Positions 35,684-48,648 of a stretch of DNA of 64,000 nt are shown here, piece after piece. The notes below the pieces were generated by a model. That model worked only from the letters and a program-made list of their open reading frames with translations. It searched no databases and was not told where the DNA came from. The translations under genes were made by a program, and so were the position numbers. Numbering within the stretch: position 1 is the first letter of the stretch; every line of letters begins with the position of its first letter. Origin of the DNA: Enoplolaimus lenunculus (lineage: Eukaryota); the NCBI GenBank assembly GCA_030248215.1, contig JASANG010001107.1, forward strand, positions 310,001-374,000, written 5' to 3'.

Positions 35684-38600
35684 GCTTATTCACTACAACA
35701 TTGAACAAACGTTTCAGTCATGATGTGCGCTTACAGTTTTTCAACGAAAACCAATTCTCAATTGTGTATAGCAACTATTATAAGTTACTGACAGGTTTCA
35801 TATTCACTAGTTGTAGTTGTTGGACTCAAAATTGGCACAGGAGTATGGCACATCATATGCGAAAAATGTTCTGATTTTTGAGCCTCAGCATTCACTGGTT
35901 CGAAAGTTACAAGACCTGACACCAATTGGTGGTAGGTGCTATACCCATTTGAGAATAAAAACCAATAGCTTAAGTTTACTGTAAAAGCCTACATTTAAAT
36001 ATTGCCGAAGTTTGAATATAAAAGTAAATAAGAACCCAATGCAAATGATTTATCGCAATAACCACGCGCGTTGCATTTAATGAGAGGGATTTACATGTAA
36101 AAAACGTTTGGTCCTCCGTCGCGCCTGTCACCGCAAAAATATATTAAATCAGGACACACAGAGTGTGTGACATGTATACGTGAAGGCAACAGACAAAAAA
36201 AGAAAAGTTTGAAAAAATTTATTTAAACGAGAACAACATCCACACACCACCACAAACTAAAATTCGACATGGTGAATCTTTTACAACCAACCAACAACTG
36301 CTATTACTGCAGCAATTAGAATTATATGAATTATTTACGTTTTTGCGAGCCGGACACAAAAGTTTAACCTTGAAACAATATTACTCTCTCGATGCGTAGC
36401 AACAGTATTATATAACTAGCATCCGTAGTTTTACATATTTTTTTCAACTAAAGTTTTCAGTTTTCTTCTAAAATTTTCATTTCTAAATGCTCGTGTACAC
36501 TTTGCACAACAGGTTTCGCAATTTTTCAAATTTTGGCATAACTTAGTCTTCGGGTAAAGCAAAGCTTTACGTTTAAGGTTCAGCTTTAGTGTTATTTCTA
36601 AAGACGCGAAAATAAGTAGTTGTGTAATTTAGCTCACATTATGCTCAAAAGATTTGTGGTATGCTAAGATTTCATGTCATAATTTTTTGTATTTAAGTTC
36701 TGAATTTTATATTCAAAATTAACGTTAAATCGTAAGTGTCACCAGATTATTCTACCAATTGGATGGATGGTAATTTGTATAGTATTCAGCTACAGTTAAA
36801 CCAAAATTACGCCAAACCAATTTTAAGATGAACAACCAGTTGGTGCCACAAGACATACAAGCATGACAAAATATTCTTGGTGGGTAAAATTTTTTGCAGA
36901 GGGATTAATTCTCAGTATCCTCCCGATAGCTACGGTTTCGTGCTGTTTATAGTAGTAATACGTCATTATTATACTGGAAAATTGATTGAAAATTTTATGA
37001 ATTTCAAAATTTTTAGCAATTTTATGCCGCAACAGTTACCGATTGCCACAAACACGCGAACGAACGACATACCATGTCTCGCTCTCTTCTCAGCAATCGA
37101 ACGTTAGAACGATATGTTTGTGAAATTTTGCATAACATAACAATGGTTGGTGTATATATATGGCCTCAAAAAATAAATTTTAACATCGCAAAGTTTTCAA
37201 TTCCGCCGCAAAATTGCATTTTCAACGATATCGACCATTCCGAGAGAGAGAGATAGAGGATTTGAGTTCGTGAACCATTAGAAATTGTGTAGGAATAAAA
37301 AAAGTTTCGACCTTGAAACTTCAAAACTTTCGCTCTATTATAGAGTTTCGTCGCGCAGGGGCGTCTCGCGGGGGACATTTGGCAGTCGTGTGCCCAAATT
37401 TAACTGATGTCCTCAAAAATTAGCTGGTGCCTCGAATAGAGTCGGTGTAAAAGTAAACAATCTTGAATGGCAATTTTGGGGTCCCCAAAATTATACGGTG
37501 CCTCCCCCCCAATGTAATGTTCTGTGGACGCCCCTGGCTTCCCGTATAAAAGTATTTCCAAAAAAGACAATAAGTTGTCATGGTTTGAAAGTTTAAACAT
37601 TTGGGCAGATATGAACACTAATGAACTCAGCAATTCGCCGAATACTGCCAAAAATGGTGAAAGCTATGCAAGCGCGGATTATAAAGGAGGCTGGGACAGG
37701 ATTAAAGTTACTATCATATTCTCCTCTAAAGTTAACGACACAAAATGGAATCGTTGCGCGATGATTGAAAGCTGAATAAACGAGCGTCGCTGGAAAACTG
37801 TTGCTATTTGAAAAACGGTAATTTCCTAAAATCGATAATTCTTTATGAATAGTCAACCTGGCTTGACAATATAGAATCCAGAGCTGGTAAAGCTATGATT
37901 TCAAACAGAGTCAGGCTCGCACACAGCTTACCTTGCTAGGGAAGAGAGGCAAAATATTTTCAAGAGGGACATACATAGATTTCACGTTACTTGCAAGCGG
38001 AACCAAGATACAAAAATTTCAGGTGACTTACAAGCTAGGCAAAACTTTTTCATCTAGAAGCAAAAAGGATTCTAGGGTATTAACTACGATTCGAAATACT
38101 TTTGGGTACTGCTTGCGAATCAAATATAGGCATATGCGCAAATCTCAAATGTCGACAATAGATACAGTGAACCTTGTGAGTGAAGTGAGCTAGAAGCCAG
38201 ATGCCATTTTAGTATTATAAATCCCACCGCAAATTTGTAGATTTCTTGGTTCCAGTAGAGATCCGATCTGTGAATTCTTCCATAGTTCCATTCTGCCCTT
38301 CAGGTTGAAAACGTATACATTTGTTGTTAACTTTAGAATTATAAGCAAGACATAACCTGGTAAGCAAAGTAAGCGAGACGTTCAAACACATGTTTTGTAT
38401 TTAAACTTCTCAAAAGACTATTTTTCAATAAAGTGGAATGTCTAAAATTTACTTTGGACTACAACGCCGGGCGCTTTTTAGGCCATGGTGTCCAGCCAGA
38501 GGTTTTTGCGGTTTTCGGGCTACGTAGTACCGGTATTGTCGACAGTTACTCTCTAAAAATGACAAATGTGGGGACCAAAAAATCGATTTCCATACGGAAA

Positions 38601-39800
38601 CTTTTATTTGAAGTTTAGAACAAGTCTGCTTAATAAAACACGTATAAAAGTTAAAGTTGTCTGTGCGTCCACAATTTACATTTACAAGTAAAACAGCGCA
38701 GAAATCCTTTTGAGCGAGAAGTCAAACGTAGTTTTTTCCTCCCATAGTAAACGTTCTATTTTGGAACCCTATAGAAGCCCCAATTGATGATGTGTTAAAG
38801 GTGCTCAAAATCGAAGCTTATTTCAAAAGTTTAAGTACCGGAAAAGTGAAAGAACAAAAGTGTTTGTTTTCCTGATTTTTGCACAGAAAAGTCACTTTAT
38901 AATTGCAATGAAGTCTAACGATGGCGTTGGTTTAATATTTCCCATTCAAATATATATGGTTGGTTCTCAGATGGTATAAAGTCCCTCTTATTGTGGTACG
39001 TTACCAAAACTGTACAATCGAGTTGTATTGCATTAAGCGGTCCTCAAGTTGCTGTACCCACTCCCTGATCGTCGAGGTGGTATTGATTATAGTTTAACCA
39101 GGGGATTCAAACATTAATGAGCATCAATCCCCAATTAAAGAAGCGCTTTAATCGTATTAGGCTTATTTGAGTGTAGGCGATGCCCTTCCTCAATCAGGGT
39201 GAAGGTAACATAAAATATGGTCCGCGTGAAACTACATTGGTGTAACATGTGATTCGGGTCGAGTGTCACACTCTACACGTTTAAATACACTATTGATATA
39301 AACTAAAAAATTAATTTAGCTGATCGTGTAGGTACAACGCCAATTAAATTTCAACTTAACTATCCAACTGTATGTCTATAATACTTTTTCCGGCTAAACA
39401 TTACATTATTCATTGATAAAATCGAAACGAAATACAATATTAGTTTAAAAGTTGTATTAAAATTTTGTGTGTTTGAAAATGACAGAGACAGAGGACTGTT
39501 CTGCATTTAAATTGCAATCTCCCCCCCCCGTGTGCGCGTCTCTGTGCGGTTACCCAACATTAATATCAAGGTTAAACAGGCGATCACGAAAATGTGATTA
39601 ACCGCTGCGTTCAAAAATAAAAAAAGTGGGGGCGGAATAAGGGTCGCCTCGCCTCCAAATTTATAAAACCAATCTTGTAGGATTTAGCGCTTAAATTGCG
39701 TTTGGTTTATCTCTCGTTTCGTTCTCAATATTTCTTCCAGTATTGAGGCGTCCATTGTTGCTTCTGCAGCTGCGCTCCTTATAACAACAATAAGAAAGGA

Positions 39801-39940
39801 GGCCAATGTTACTTTAAGGGGTGTAACAGTAGATTAAGCGTATTCTTAAGCCTAAGCTTAAGCCGAAGCGTTGAAAAAAATGTGTTCCAAGCCAAAGCCG
39901 AAGCCTAAGCAAACAATACGCCCCTTAAAGTAACCTTGGC
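39801..39940. mobile_element. MITE carrying degenerate GCCTAA/TTAGGC repeats
   Basis: TIR ggccaatgttactttaagggg / ccccttaaagtaaccttggc enclosing aagcctaagcttaagccgaagc. Confidence 0.7.
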
Positions 39941-40413
39941 AATGGTTTGGAAGTTTTAGTTGTAAAAATGCAAACAACCACAACATTGTGATGTGATACA
40001 TGCTATACTTAACGTATTTCGGTTTTCTAATATCGTGGACATTTTTCGTCCGAAATACATACTGTATGCACCAAAACTATATTAATTCTCACAATTAACC
40101 ATCGATTTGTTTGGAATTCAAGCAATCACTTCTCTAAATTTGCGTATCTGATTGTTAAAAATGATGTTGAGTTTAGTAAAAAATAATCGCTCAACTGATT
40201 CCAAATATTACTTTTTGGTATGGCTTTTTTGAGAAATTTCGACAATTGAAACTGTGAAAATTCACTCAAAGTTGCAAGCATAGTATATTGAACGGTGCGA
40301 CTTTGCGAAAAACTTTCCATTGCATTGCAAATTTTCGTATGTATGGTTTTATCATAGCGTATTCCTAATCGCGCTTGTATCTCTCGAAATAGATATATGG
40401 TAGAATCCTAATT

Positions 40414-40763
40414 TCTCAAAATCCCATTTTTTCGGGTAATGTCCACAGAGCTCGGGGGGACCTCTTCAGTACATGGCCCATATATACATATACCTAAATC
40501 ACGAATTTCTAACCAAACCTTAATGTACGTACGATTCTGTATTATTTTAATTTCAACGAACAACGCATATAAACCACCTTACCCATTTCAAAAATCCCAT
40601 TTTCCCATTCAATATCCGCAGAGCTCGGGGGAACCTCTTCAGTACATGGCCCATATATACATATATCTAAATCACGAATTTCTAACCAAACCTTAATCTA
40701 AGTACGACTGTGTATTATTTCAATTCCAACAAACAACGCATATAAAAACCACCTTACCCATTT
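40414..40763. repeat. ~173-bp tandem duplication
   Basis: cagagctcggggg..cttcagtacatggcccatatatacatat at 40446 and 40619. Confidence 0.9.
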
Positions 40764-43706
40764 AAACTTCGAGCCCATTCAATTATTGCATATATATACA
40801 AAATTAGAACTGTAAATTTTTTCCCAATCCTTGAAGTGTTTGAATATTTTTTTACAAACGAAAAGATTTAAAATTCAAAACCGCCACGCTCTGAAGTATT
40901 ACAATGAAAATATTTTCCTCCCCGATTGTATGTTGACATCAATTTTCATAAACAAAATTTGTCCTGGGGTGTAAAATGTTGGAAAAAACGCGTCAAATAC
41001 GACGAATCGTGCGTCCGTTATTGTACATGTGATTTTAAAATTTCGTTTCCTCAGCTATCAACAATTACTGGTTTTTGAGCTGCCGGTCATACACCACACA
41101 CTTTCACTCGGCCCACACCTCATTAGGCTAATAATCAATTTTGACATCAATTAGTTTCGTTTAACGTGGGTAGGTGATAGGATACTTTCGCTCCGAAATT
41201 TTCTAAAGAAACGAGTCAAAAAGCGTTATTACCGGTTATTCACGACAAGCCGGATTATACAGGTCAAAAAAATTTCCTCGCTGGCTCGTCGTAAAACAAC
41301 TTTTGTGTATTGGCGGAAAACTGCAACACATATACGTACATAAAATGTGCATTAAACTATCGCACACCGAAAATCAAAACATACTAAACTCGTCACTAGA
41401 TATCAAAGTTATGCGGGCAAATTGGGTGTCCACTCAACTAAAATACAACAACTCTGTTTCTCTCTTCCTCGATCTCAGTGCTAGCGCGTACCCAGCGTTC
41501 CAAGGTCGAAAAATTTTATTTATTACACACAATGTATAAAACCACAAAGCTCTTGCTGATGATTAACGTAAAAACAGTTTATTCCTCTGTATTGCTGTAT
41601 TTCTATGTTTTTATGGACGAATTGTACTCTAAAAAGATATATAATTTTACCTATAAATCGATTACTATCAGTGTTTAGATGCCATTTTAAAAATTCATGG
41701 TCTCGAGTTTGTCTATTTGGCTTTACCAATGTTTTCAACTTGATGGCTGATTAATTTATGAAACGAGATTAAATACATGATTTATTCACATTACCACATT
41801 TACGTTCCAATAGTCGTTAATAAGTCTGTTAAGTTGAAAGTTTCTGACATCAGCAATATTACCTAAAAATTTGGTCGCATTAAAAGTGAAAGGGGTACTA
41901 CCACTTAATATGGCAAATGGGACAGTCTTTAGAATCAATATGTTTCCTACAAAAATTCTAAAAAATTCTGAGTTGCCAAAGCGCTCGCCGCGAAGATACT
42001 ACTTTTCTGCCTTGAATTTGTCCTTAGACTGCTTTCTCTACACCACAGGTAAAATACAAACTACACGGACGAACAGAGATAGAAATTGTCGGAACTACAC
42101 GGTCGCACGACCTGCATTCGAAGTTTTACCCAAAGTTAAACATCACGCAGGGAATAGATCATCGCTCCTCATGTACTTGAGTCAAGCATGCTACCGCTTT
42201 ACCATGTGATCAATTGCAACAACTTCATATTCCGGTATATGTGTTATGTGTACATGTATGGCACTCATTTTGCTTTAAATATACTTACCGTGTACATATA
42301 ACGACAAATATGCGTTGGGCGCTATGGGGCGGATGATGGGAGCGAGGCGGTGCGAATTTGGGAGCCGCACAAAACATGCTTTCCCATACAGGTATTATCA
42401 CAAGATTAATTCCTCTCGGTGCAGAATTTTTACCTTAAGAGTAACGTGAAAATTTTTGAACAGACTATAAAATTTATGCGGGATTCACGTTATAACCGAT
42501 GCACCCGGGTCACGGTTTGTACCATGTTGATTCGACGTCAACGTTAAAATTCGGGCACTCATATTGGGCCAACAGACAAAACTCTAATGTATGATATTTC
42601 AAATGTTCAATGTGTACAAGAGTCGGTATGACACGTTATAATGTGAGACATTTATGTAATTATCATATATTCCAAAATTACAACGAATATCATCATATTC
42701 AGCGGGACAGTGTAATCTTCGGGTGCTTATAAACAAATGGAAAATCTGACGGCGGCGGCACGGATGTCCTTTAAAATACCGAATATACGTCTACAAATTC
42801 GTTTCCGATACAAAATCGCTAACAACCACAGTTTCATAATTCAAAAATTGAAATTTTACATTCTAGTATATGATATTCAACACGATAATTTGGAATGTTA
42901 CGTACCTCAAGTACGCATACATTTGAAAACATATCATATGATATTCGCAGACAAGGCCACGAATATCATGATATTAAGGAACAAAAGGTGACCACCGTAT
43001 AATAGCAGGCAAATACGAATTTTAATATATGTGGTCTATCAGCAGAGCAATTGTTACCCAATTGGCTAATAGGAACAAAACATGTCCCAAGCTGCACCGC
43101 TATAACGTGAACCCTACATTACATGCTCAATGATGGTATCTTGTCCACTTTTTAACATTCACAAGAAGAGGACCAGTAGACTAACTTGTGTACGATCACA
43201 AACGAATTTATTCAACTGAACGAATTGAGACGTGATGTCTTTGGAACCTTCACTTCTGGGGAGCTTTAAATGTATGTTTCATGATTTCAGTAAGCAGATT
43301 CATCAAATCTAGGCCGTATATTTGGTACAAAATGATTCTGACAGGAACTACATATAGTTATAAAATATAACCAATTCCGGCAATTGGCAAATCTGATATG
43401 CTAAATATATAACGAGTAGTTAACTAATCTGCAAGTGCAGAAAATTTAATTTCAATATCAAGTAGCGAAATATTCATATGTCTGGTGCATGCCCTAACAT
43501 TCCACATTTAGCAAATAGCTAGCTAACTTTTAATTTTTGCAAGTTCTCATCGATATGCTTAAATTTCTGATGCCCGCATCCCTAATGCAAATCTGCGAAA
43601 AATAATATGCAATAATTCTCTACGGCCATAGCTGGAACAGCTAATCTGTCAATTATATAGTTGGTTTTCTCGGGTTCCTGCAATGAGATCACTTGCAAAC
43701 CAAATA

Positions 43707-44125
43707 CAGTAGCGACCCGAATAAGAGGGGGACTGAAATTTATTTGGCCTTTCGATAGTGTACCCCCAGTTGTTTTCAACCCGCCCTCCGTCACGCTTCG
43801 TTACTGATATATATCCGGTATTGCAACAATCCGTTGAATTAAACGTTTTTTGCCTTTACATCAAAAGCTTGAGCGATAATGCAAGGTTATACTTAGGAAT
43901 GTACTTTCAAAACTTAAGTATGCTTTAAAGTTTCGAACTCAACTGTATTTGGTGCTGGAGTCATTTATGCGCTACAATTAGAGATAATTGACATTTATGG
44001 GCTCTAATTAGGGCTTATGGATCCTATCTGCTTACAGTCTCTTATTAGGGATACGGACTCCTATTGATTGGGACTCCAAATGGGGACCACCCTCTTATTA
44101 CCCCCTCTCATTCGGGTCACTACAG
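43707..44125. mobile_element. Family C MITE, complete reverse copy
   Basis: ta|cagtagcgacccgaataagagg ... cctctcattcgggtcactacag|ta. Confidence 0.8.
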
Positions 44126-44806
44126 TAGTTATTAACATCAAATAAAAAATCCTTGGTTAGCCGTAACCAATTATACAAATAAGTTGCTAGCTTATAAACA
44201 ATTTAGAATTAATAATACACCACAGTGGAACATTAGACATCCCAGGACGACAAGCTTTCAAACAAAAAAGTTCATCAAAATCCGTTTAGCGGTTCCTAAG
44301 ATTCGCGTCGAGCGGACGGATATACAGCTTTATACCTCCGTCTACAAAGCACAAAATTTGAGCGACCAGTTTTGCTTCGCTCAATGAACAATATGACCTA
44401 GAGTCGAGTACCTATTTCACTTTATACCGAGGTCAGGTGACTAACGAAAATTTAATCTTGGGGACTTTATGGTCCGCGACAAGTCAAGTGGACCCACCAA
44501 GATCGCATGCAAATTCTGTACCACAGCAAAAGTGCGTTGAAAATTGTTGAATGTATTTAAAATTACGGAATACCAGATACACGTGCTTGTGTTTTTAGAG
44601 GTACGATATATTTCACGTAGTGTCAGGCGGCATGATTCAAAGTAAGAGAGCTAATTGCTTAAATAAACACACGTGTTGTACAGTATGCAGTCAGTCCTTC
44701 AGGATATTTTGTTCTACTACGAATACTGCTAAATTCATTTTTAAATCTACGCAGACAAAAGCAAATTTTCACCTACACGATTAGAAATCACAATTATACG
44801 AGTTAT

Positions 44807-44991
44807 GGCCAATGTCACTTTTAGGGCCGTAGCAGGAGATTAAGAGTATTCCTAAGCCTAAGCGTAAGCGTTGCAAAAGCGTATTCCTAAGCCTAAGCCA
44901 AAGCCTAAGCCTAATCAAAAATGTAGTCCAGTAAGCCTAGTCTTTTACAGACCCACCAGAAACCAGGACGGTCCTAAAAGTAAAATGCGCC
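44807..44991. mobile_element. MITE carrying degenerate GCCTAA/TTAGGC repeats
   Basis: ggccaatgtcacttttagggccgt ... acggtcctaaaagtaaaatgcgcc enclosing cctaagcctaagc arrays. Confidence 0.7.
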
Positions 44992-45464
44992 AGAGTTACA
45001 TCGAATCCTGTAGAGGTTCAATATAGTACCACAAGTTTAAATGTTGAATACCTACTTAAGATAAAGTGATAACACAATAAATAGCGGTAGGCGATAACAA
45101 AATTTCTATGAAACAAAAACATTGAGATCCTACAGATAATCGAGATAAGCATGTTTGTGACCATTTATTTCATTGTAGGAACAGTAATGAGAACCGAACT
45201 ACATGAAAATTATACTTAAAAAATTAAATTACACGGTGAATCGTTTGAAATTTTAATTAGGTTTAAATTTGCCATAACGTTTTACCGACGACATCTCCAA
45301 GCAACAAAACAGTAACCGCTGGGCTTAAATAGGAAAAAATCAACTTTAAATTTTAGCTATCAATTTTTATTTTGTAATTCATAAAATGTGGCAAACTGCT
45401 TCTAGAAAAACGAGCAATGGATTAAAAAGTGTTTAAAGTAGTATGAAATCCTGGAAAGAGTATA

Positions 45465-45831
45465 CTGTAGTGACCCGAATAAGAGGTGGTAATAAGAGTC
45501 CGTAAGCGGATAAGAGTCCCTAAACCATAATTAGTGTCCATAAATGTCAATTATCCCTAATTTTAGCATGTAAATGACTCCAGGACCAAACAAAGTTGAA
45601 TTCGAAACTTTAAAGCATACTTAAGTTTTGAATGTAACATTCCAAAGTAACTTTGCACTATCGCTCAAGCTTTTGATGCAAGGCAAAAAACGTTTATTTC
45701 AAGGTATATTAGCAACACCGTATATATCTCAGTAACAAAGGGTGGCGGACGGTGAGTTGAAAATAAATAACAGTCCGAAACCGAATAACAGGGAGGTTCC
45801 CTCTGGAGAGGCCAAATAAGTATCAGTCCCT
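45465..45831. mobile_element. Family C MITE, one end truncated
   Basis: ta|ctgtagtgacccgaataagagg; interior collinear with 11006-11447. Confidence 0.75.
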
Positions 45832-46732
45832 CAAAACGAATTCAACTTTTGGATAAGGTCTTACAGTTCAAAACCATGGGTCCTCTTTTCTAACAACGCG
45901 ACCACCCAAGAAATTTGAAGCACACAATTGCTGAATGTTCACGTCGGTATTTGCTTTGTCGGTTTGCCGTTTTAACATGACATCAGAATTGGCCCTCAAA
46001 ATTGACAAAAGCAGCTAAATATTGTCTGAAATCTGAAATGTTATTGAACATAATATTTCGGTTCAGAAGCTTGCAAAGATGATTTCGTAATTTAATGTCG
46101 CAAGCCAAACAGTTGTTGCTTTTTAAATCAAACAGCTTAGCAATTTAAATTAAACGATAATACAAAGTGTTTAAGTTGTAGAAGCAAATAATTATGATAA
46201 AAACAACAGAAGTTAAACTCAATATGTATTTGTAAAATGTAGAAATATGATTTAATGAGTTTGAAATATAAGTAAATACATTTACTAGCGTATTGAAGAG
46301 CCAAAACTTTATGCATTGCTTCTCGCTCATGTTCTTCGTGGATTTTTCAATTTTCCTTGCAATGATGACTCGAGAGATGCAACAGGTAAACTTTTTGGGT
46401 GGGGGTGACAGTTGACAACGATGAAGCTATAAATGATTCAGTATGCGACACACATGCCTCAGTAGCCAGTACACTGGAGAGAAGTGAAATATTTTGTGTG
46501 ACGGATACTGAAGCTACAACCGTTTCAATAGGTATAACAATAAACCTAGCTTAACTTCAAAGCTAAGGAACTTCCAGTTGAAATATTTCCACAAAATTAC
46601 AGCTTCAAAACCCAGGATCAGTTAGTTCGGATCTAAAAGTGAGAGACTATAATGCACCGCTGTCAGTGTAATGACCACTGCCAGGGTAACCGGCACTTTA
46701 ACGACTAATAACACCAATAATCGTGAAGGTAT

Positions 46733-48648
46733 AACCTAGCTTTAGATTCTAAGATCCAGCAAGTTATTCCTAAAGGTTCAACCTAGCTTTAGATTCTAAG
46801 ATCCAGCAAGTTATTCCTAAAGGTTCAACCTAGCTTTAGATTCTGAGATCCAGCAAGTTATTCCTAAAGGTTCAACCTAGCTTTAGATTCTAAGATCCAG
46901 CAAGTTATTCCTAAAGGTTCAACCTAGTTTTAGATTCTAAGATCCAGCAAGTTATTCCTAAAGGTTCAACCTAGCTTTAGATTCTAAGATCCAGCAAGTT
47001 ATTCCTAAAGGTTCAACCTAGCTCTAGATTCTAAGATCCAGCAAGTTATTCCTAAAGGTTCAACCTAGCTTTAGATTCTAAGATCCAGCAAGTTATTCCT
47101 AAAAGTTCAACCTAGCTTTAGATTCTAAGATCCAGCAAGTTATTCCTAAAGGTTCAACCTAGCTTTAGATGCTAAGATCCAGCAAGTTGTTCCTAAAGGT
47201 TCAACCTAGCTTTAGATTCTAATATCCAGCAAGTTATTCCTAAAGGTTCAACCTAGATTTAGATTCTAAGATCCAGCAAGTTATTCCTAAAGGTTCAACC
47301 TAGCTTTAGATTCTAAGATCCAGCAAGTTATTCCTAAAGGTTCAACCTAGCTTTAGATTCTAAGATCCAGCAAGTTATTCCTAAAGGTTCAACCTAGCTT
47401 TAGATTCTAAGATCCAGCAAGTTATTCCTAAAGGTTCAACCTAGCTTTAGATTCTAAGATCCAGCAAGTTATTCCTAAAGGTTCAACCTAGCTTTAGATT
47501 CTGAGATCCAGCAAGTTATTCCTAAAGGTTCAACCTAGCTTTAGATTCTAAGATCCAGCAAGTTATTCCTAAAGGTTCAACCTAGTTTTAGATTCTAAGA
47601 TCCAGCAAGTTATTCCTAAAGGTTCAACCTAGCTTTAGATTCTAAGATCCAGCAAGTTATTCCTAAAGGTTCAACCTAGCTCTAGATTCTAAGATCCAGC
47701 AAGTTATTCCTAAAGGTTCAACCTAGCTTTAGATTCTAAGATCCAGCAAGTTATTCCTAAAAGTTCAACCTAGCTTTAGATTCTAAGATCCAGCAAGTTA
47801 TTCCTAAAGGTTCAACCTAGCTTTAGATGCTAAGATCCAGCAAGTTGTTCCTAAAGGTTCAACCTAGCTTTAGATTCTAATATCCAGCAAGTTATTCCTA
47901 AAGGTTCAACCTAGATTTAGATTCTAAGATCCAGCAAGTTATTCCTAAAGGTTCAACCTAGCTTTAGATTCTAAGATCCAGCAAGTTATTCCTAAAGGTT
48001 CAACCTAGCTTTAGATTCTAAGATCCAGCAAGTTATTCCTAAAGGTTCAACCTAGCTTTAGATTCTAAGATCCAGCAAGTTATTCCTAAAGGTTCAACCT
48101 AGCTTTAGATTCTAAGATCCAGCAAGTTATTCCTAAAGGTTCAACCTAGCTTTAGATTCTAAGATCCAGCAAGTTATTCCTAAAGGTTCAACCTAGCTTT
48201 AGATTCTAAGATCCAGCAAGTTATTCCTAAAGGTTCAACCTAGCTTTAGATTCTGAGATCCAGCAAGTTATTCCTAAAGGTTCAACCTAGTTTTAGATGC
48301 TAAGATCCAGCAAGTTATTCCTAAAGGTTCAACCTAGTTTTAGATGCTAAGATCCAGCAAGTTATTCCTAAAGGTTCAACCTAGTTTTAGATGCTAAGAT
48401 CCAGCAAGTTATTCGTAAAGGTTCAACCTAGTTTTAGATGCTAAGATCCAGCAAGTTATTCCTAAAGGTTCAACCTAGTTTTAGATGCTAAGATCCAGCA
48501 AGTTATTCCTAAAGGTTCAACCTAGTTTTAGATGCTAAGATCCAGCAAGTTATTCCTAAAGGTTCAACCTAGCTTTAGATTCTAAGATCCAGCAAGTTAT
48601 TCCTAAAGGTTCAACCTAGTTTTAGATTCTAAGATCCAGCAAGTTATT
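46733..48648. repeat. 47-bp tandem satellite, ~41 copies
   Basis: Unit aacctagctttagattctaagatccagcaagttattcctaaaggttc; near-identical copies with no spacers. Confidence 0.98.

Noticed and set aside
37524..38360. Cluster of 80-90 aa ORFs
   Set aside because: No recognisable motif, the frames cannot be joined, and one starts inside a MITE.
44170..44390. Helitron-like non-autonomous fragment
   Set aside because: Only a vague internal resemblance; no TC start, hairpin or CTRR end identified.
34365..44445. Possible ecdysone response elements (aagtcattgaaac near 34369; aggtcaggtgacta at 44430)
   Set aside because: Imperfect matches or wrong spacing, expected by chance in this much AT-rich DNA.
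13335..44991. True telomere or chromosome end
   Set aside because: The repeats are short, degenerate, in both orientations and embedded in a dispersed element.
46733..48648. CRISPR-like appearance of the 47-bp array
   Set aside because: Units are contiguous with no unique spacers, there are no cas genes, and the context is eukaryotic. It is a satellite.
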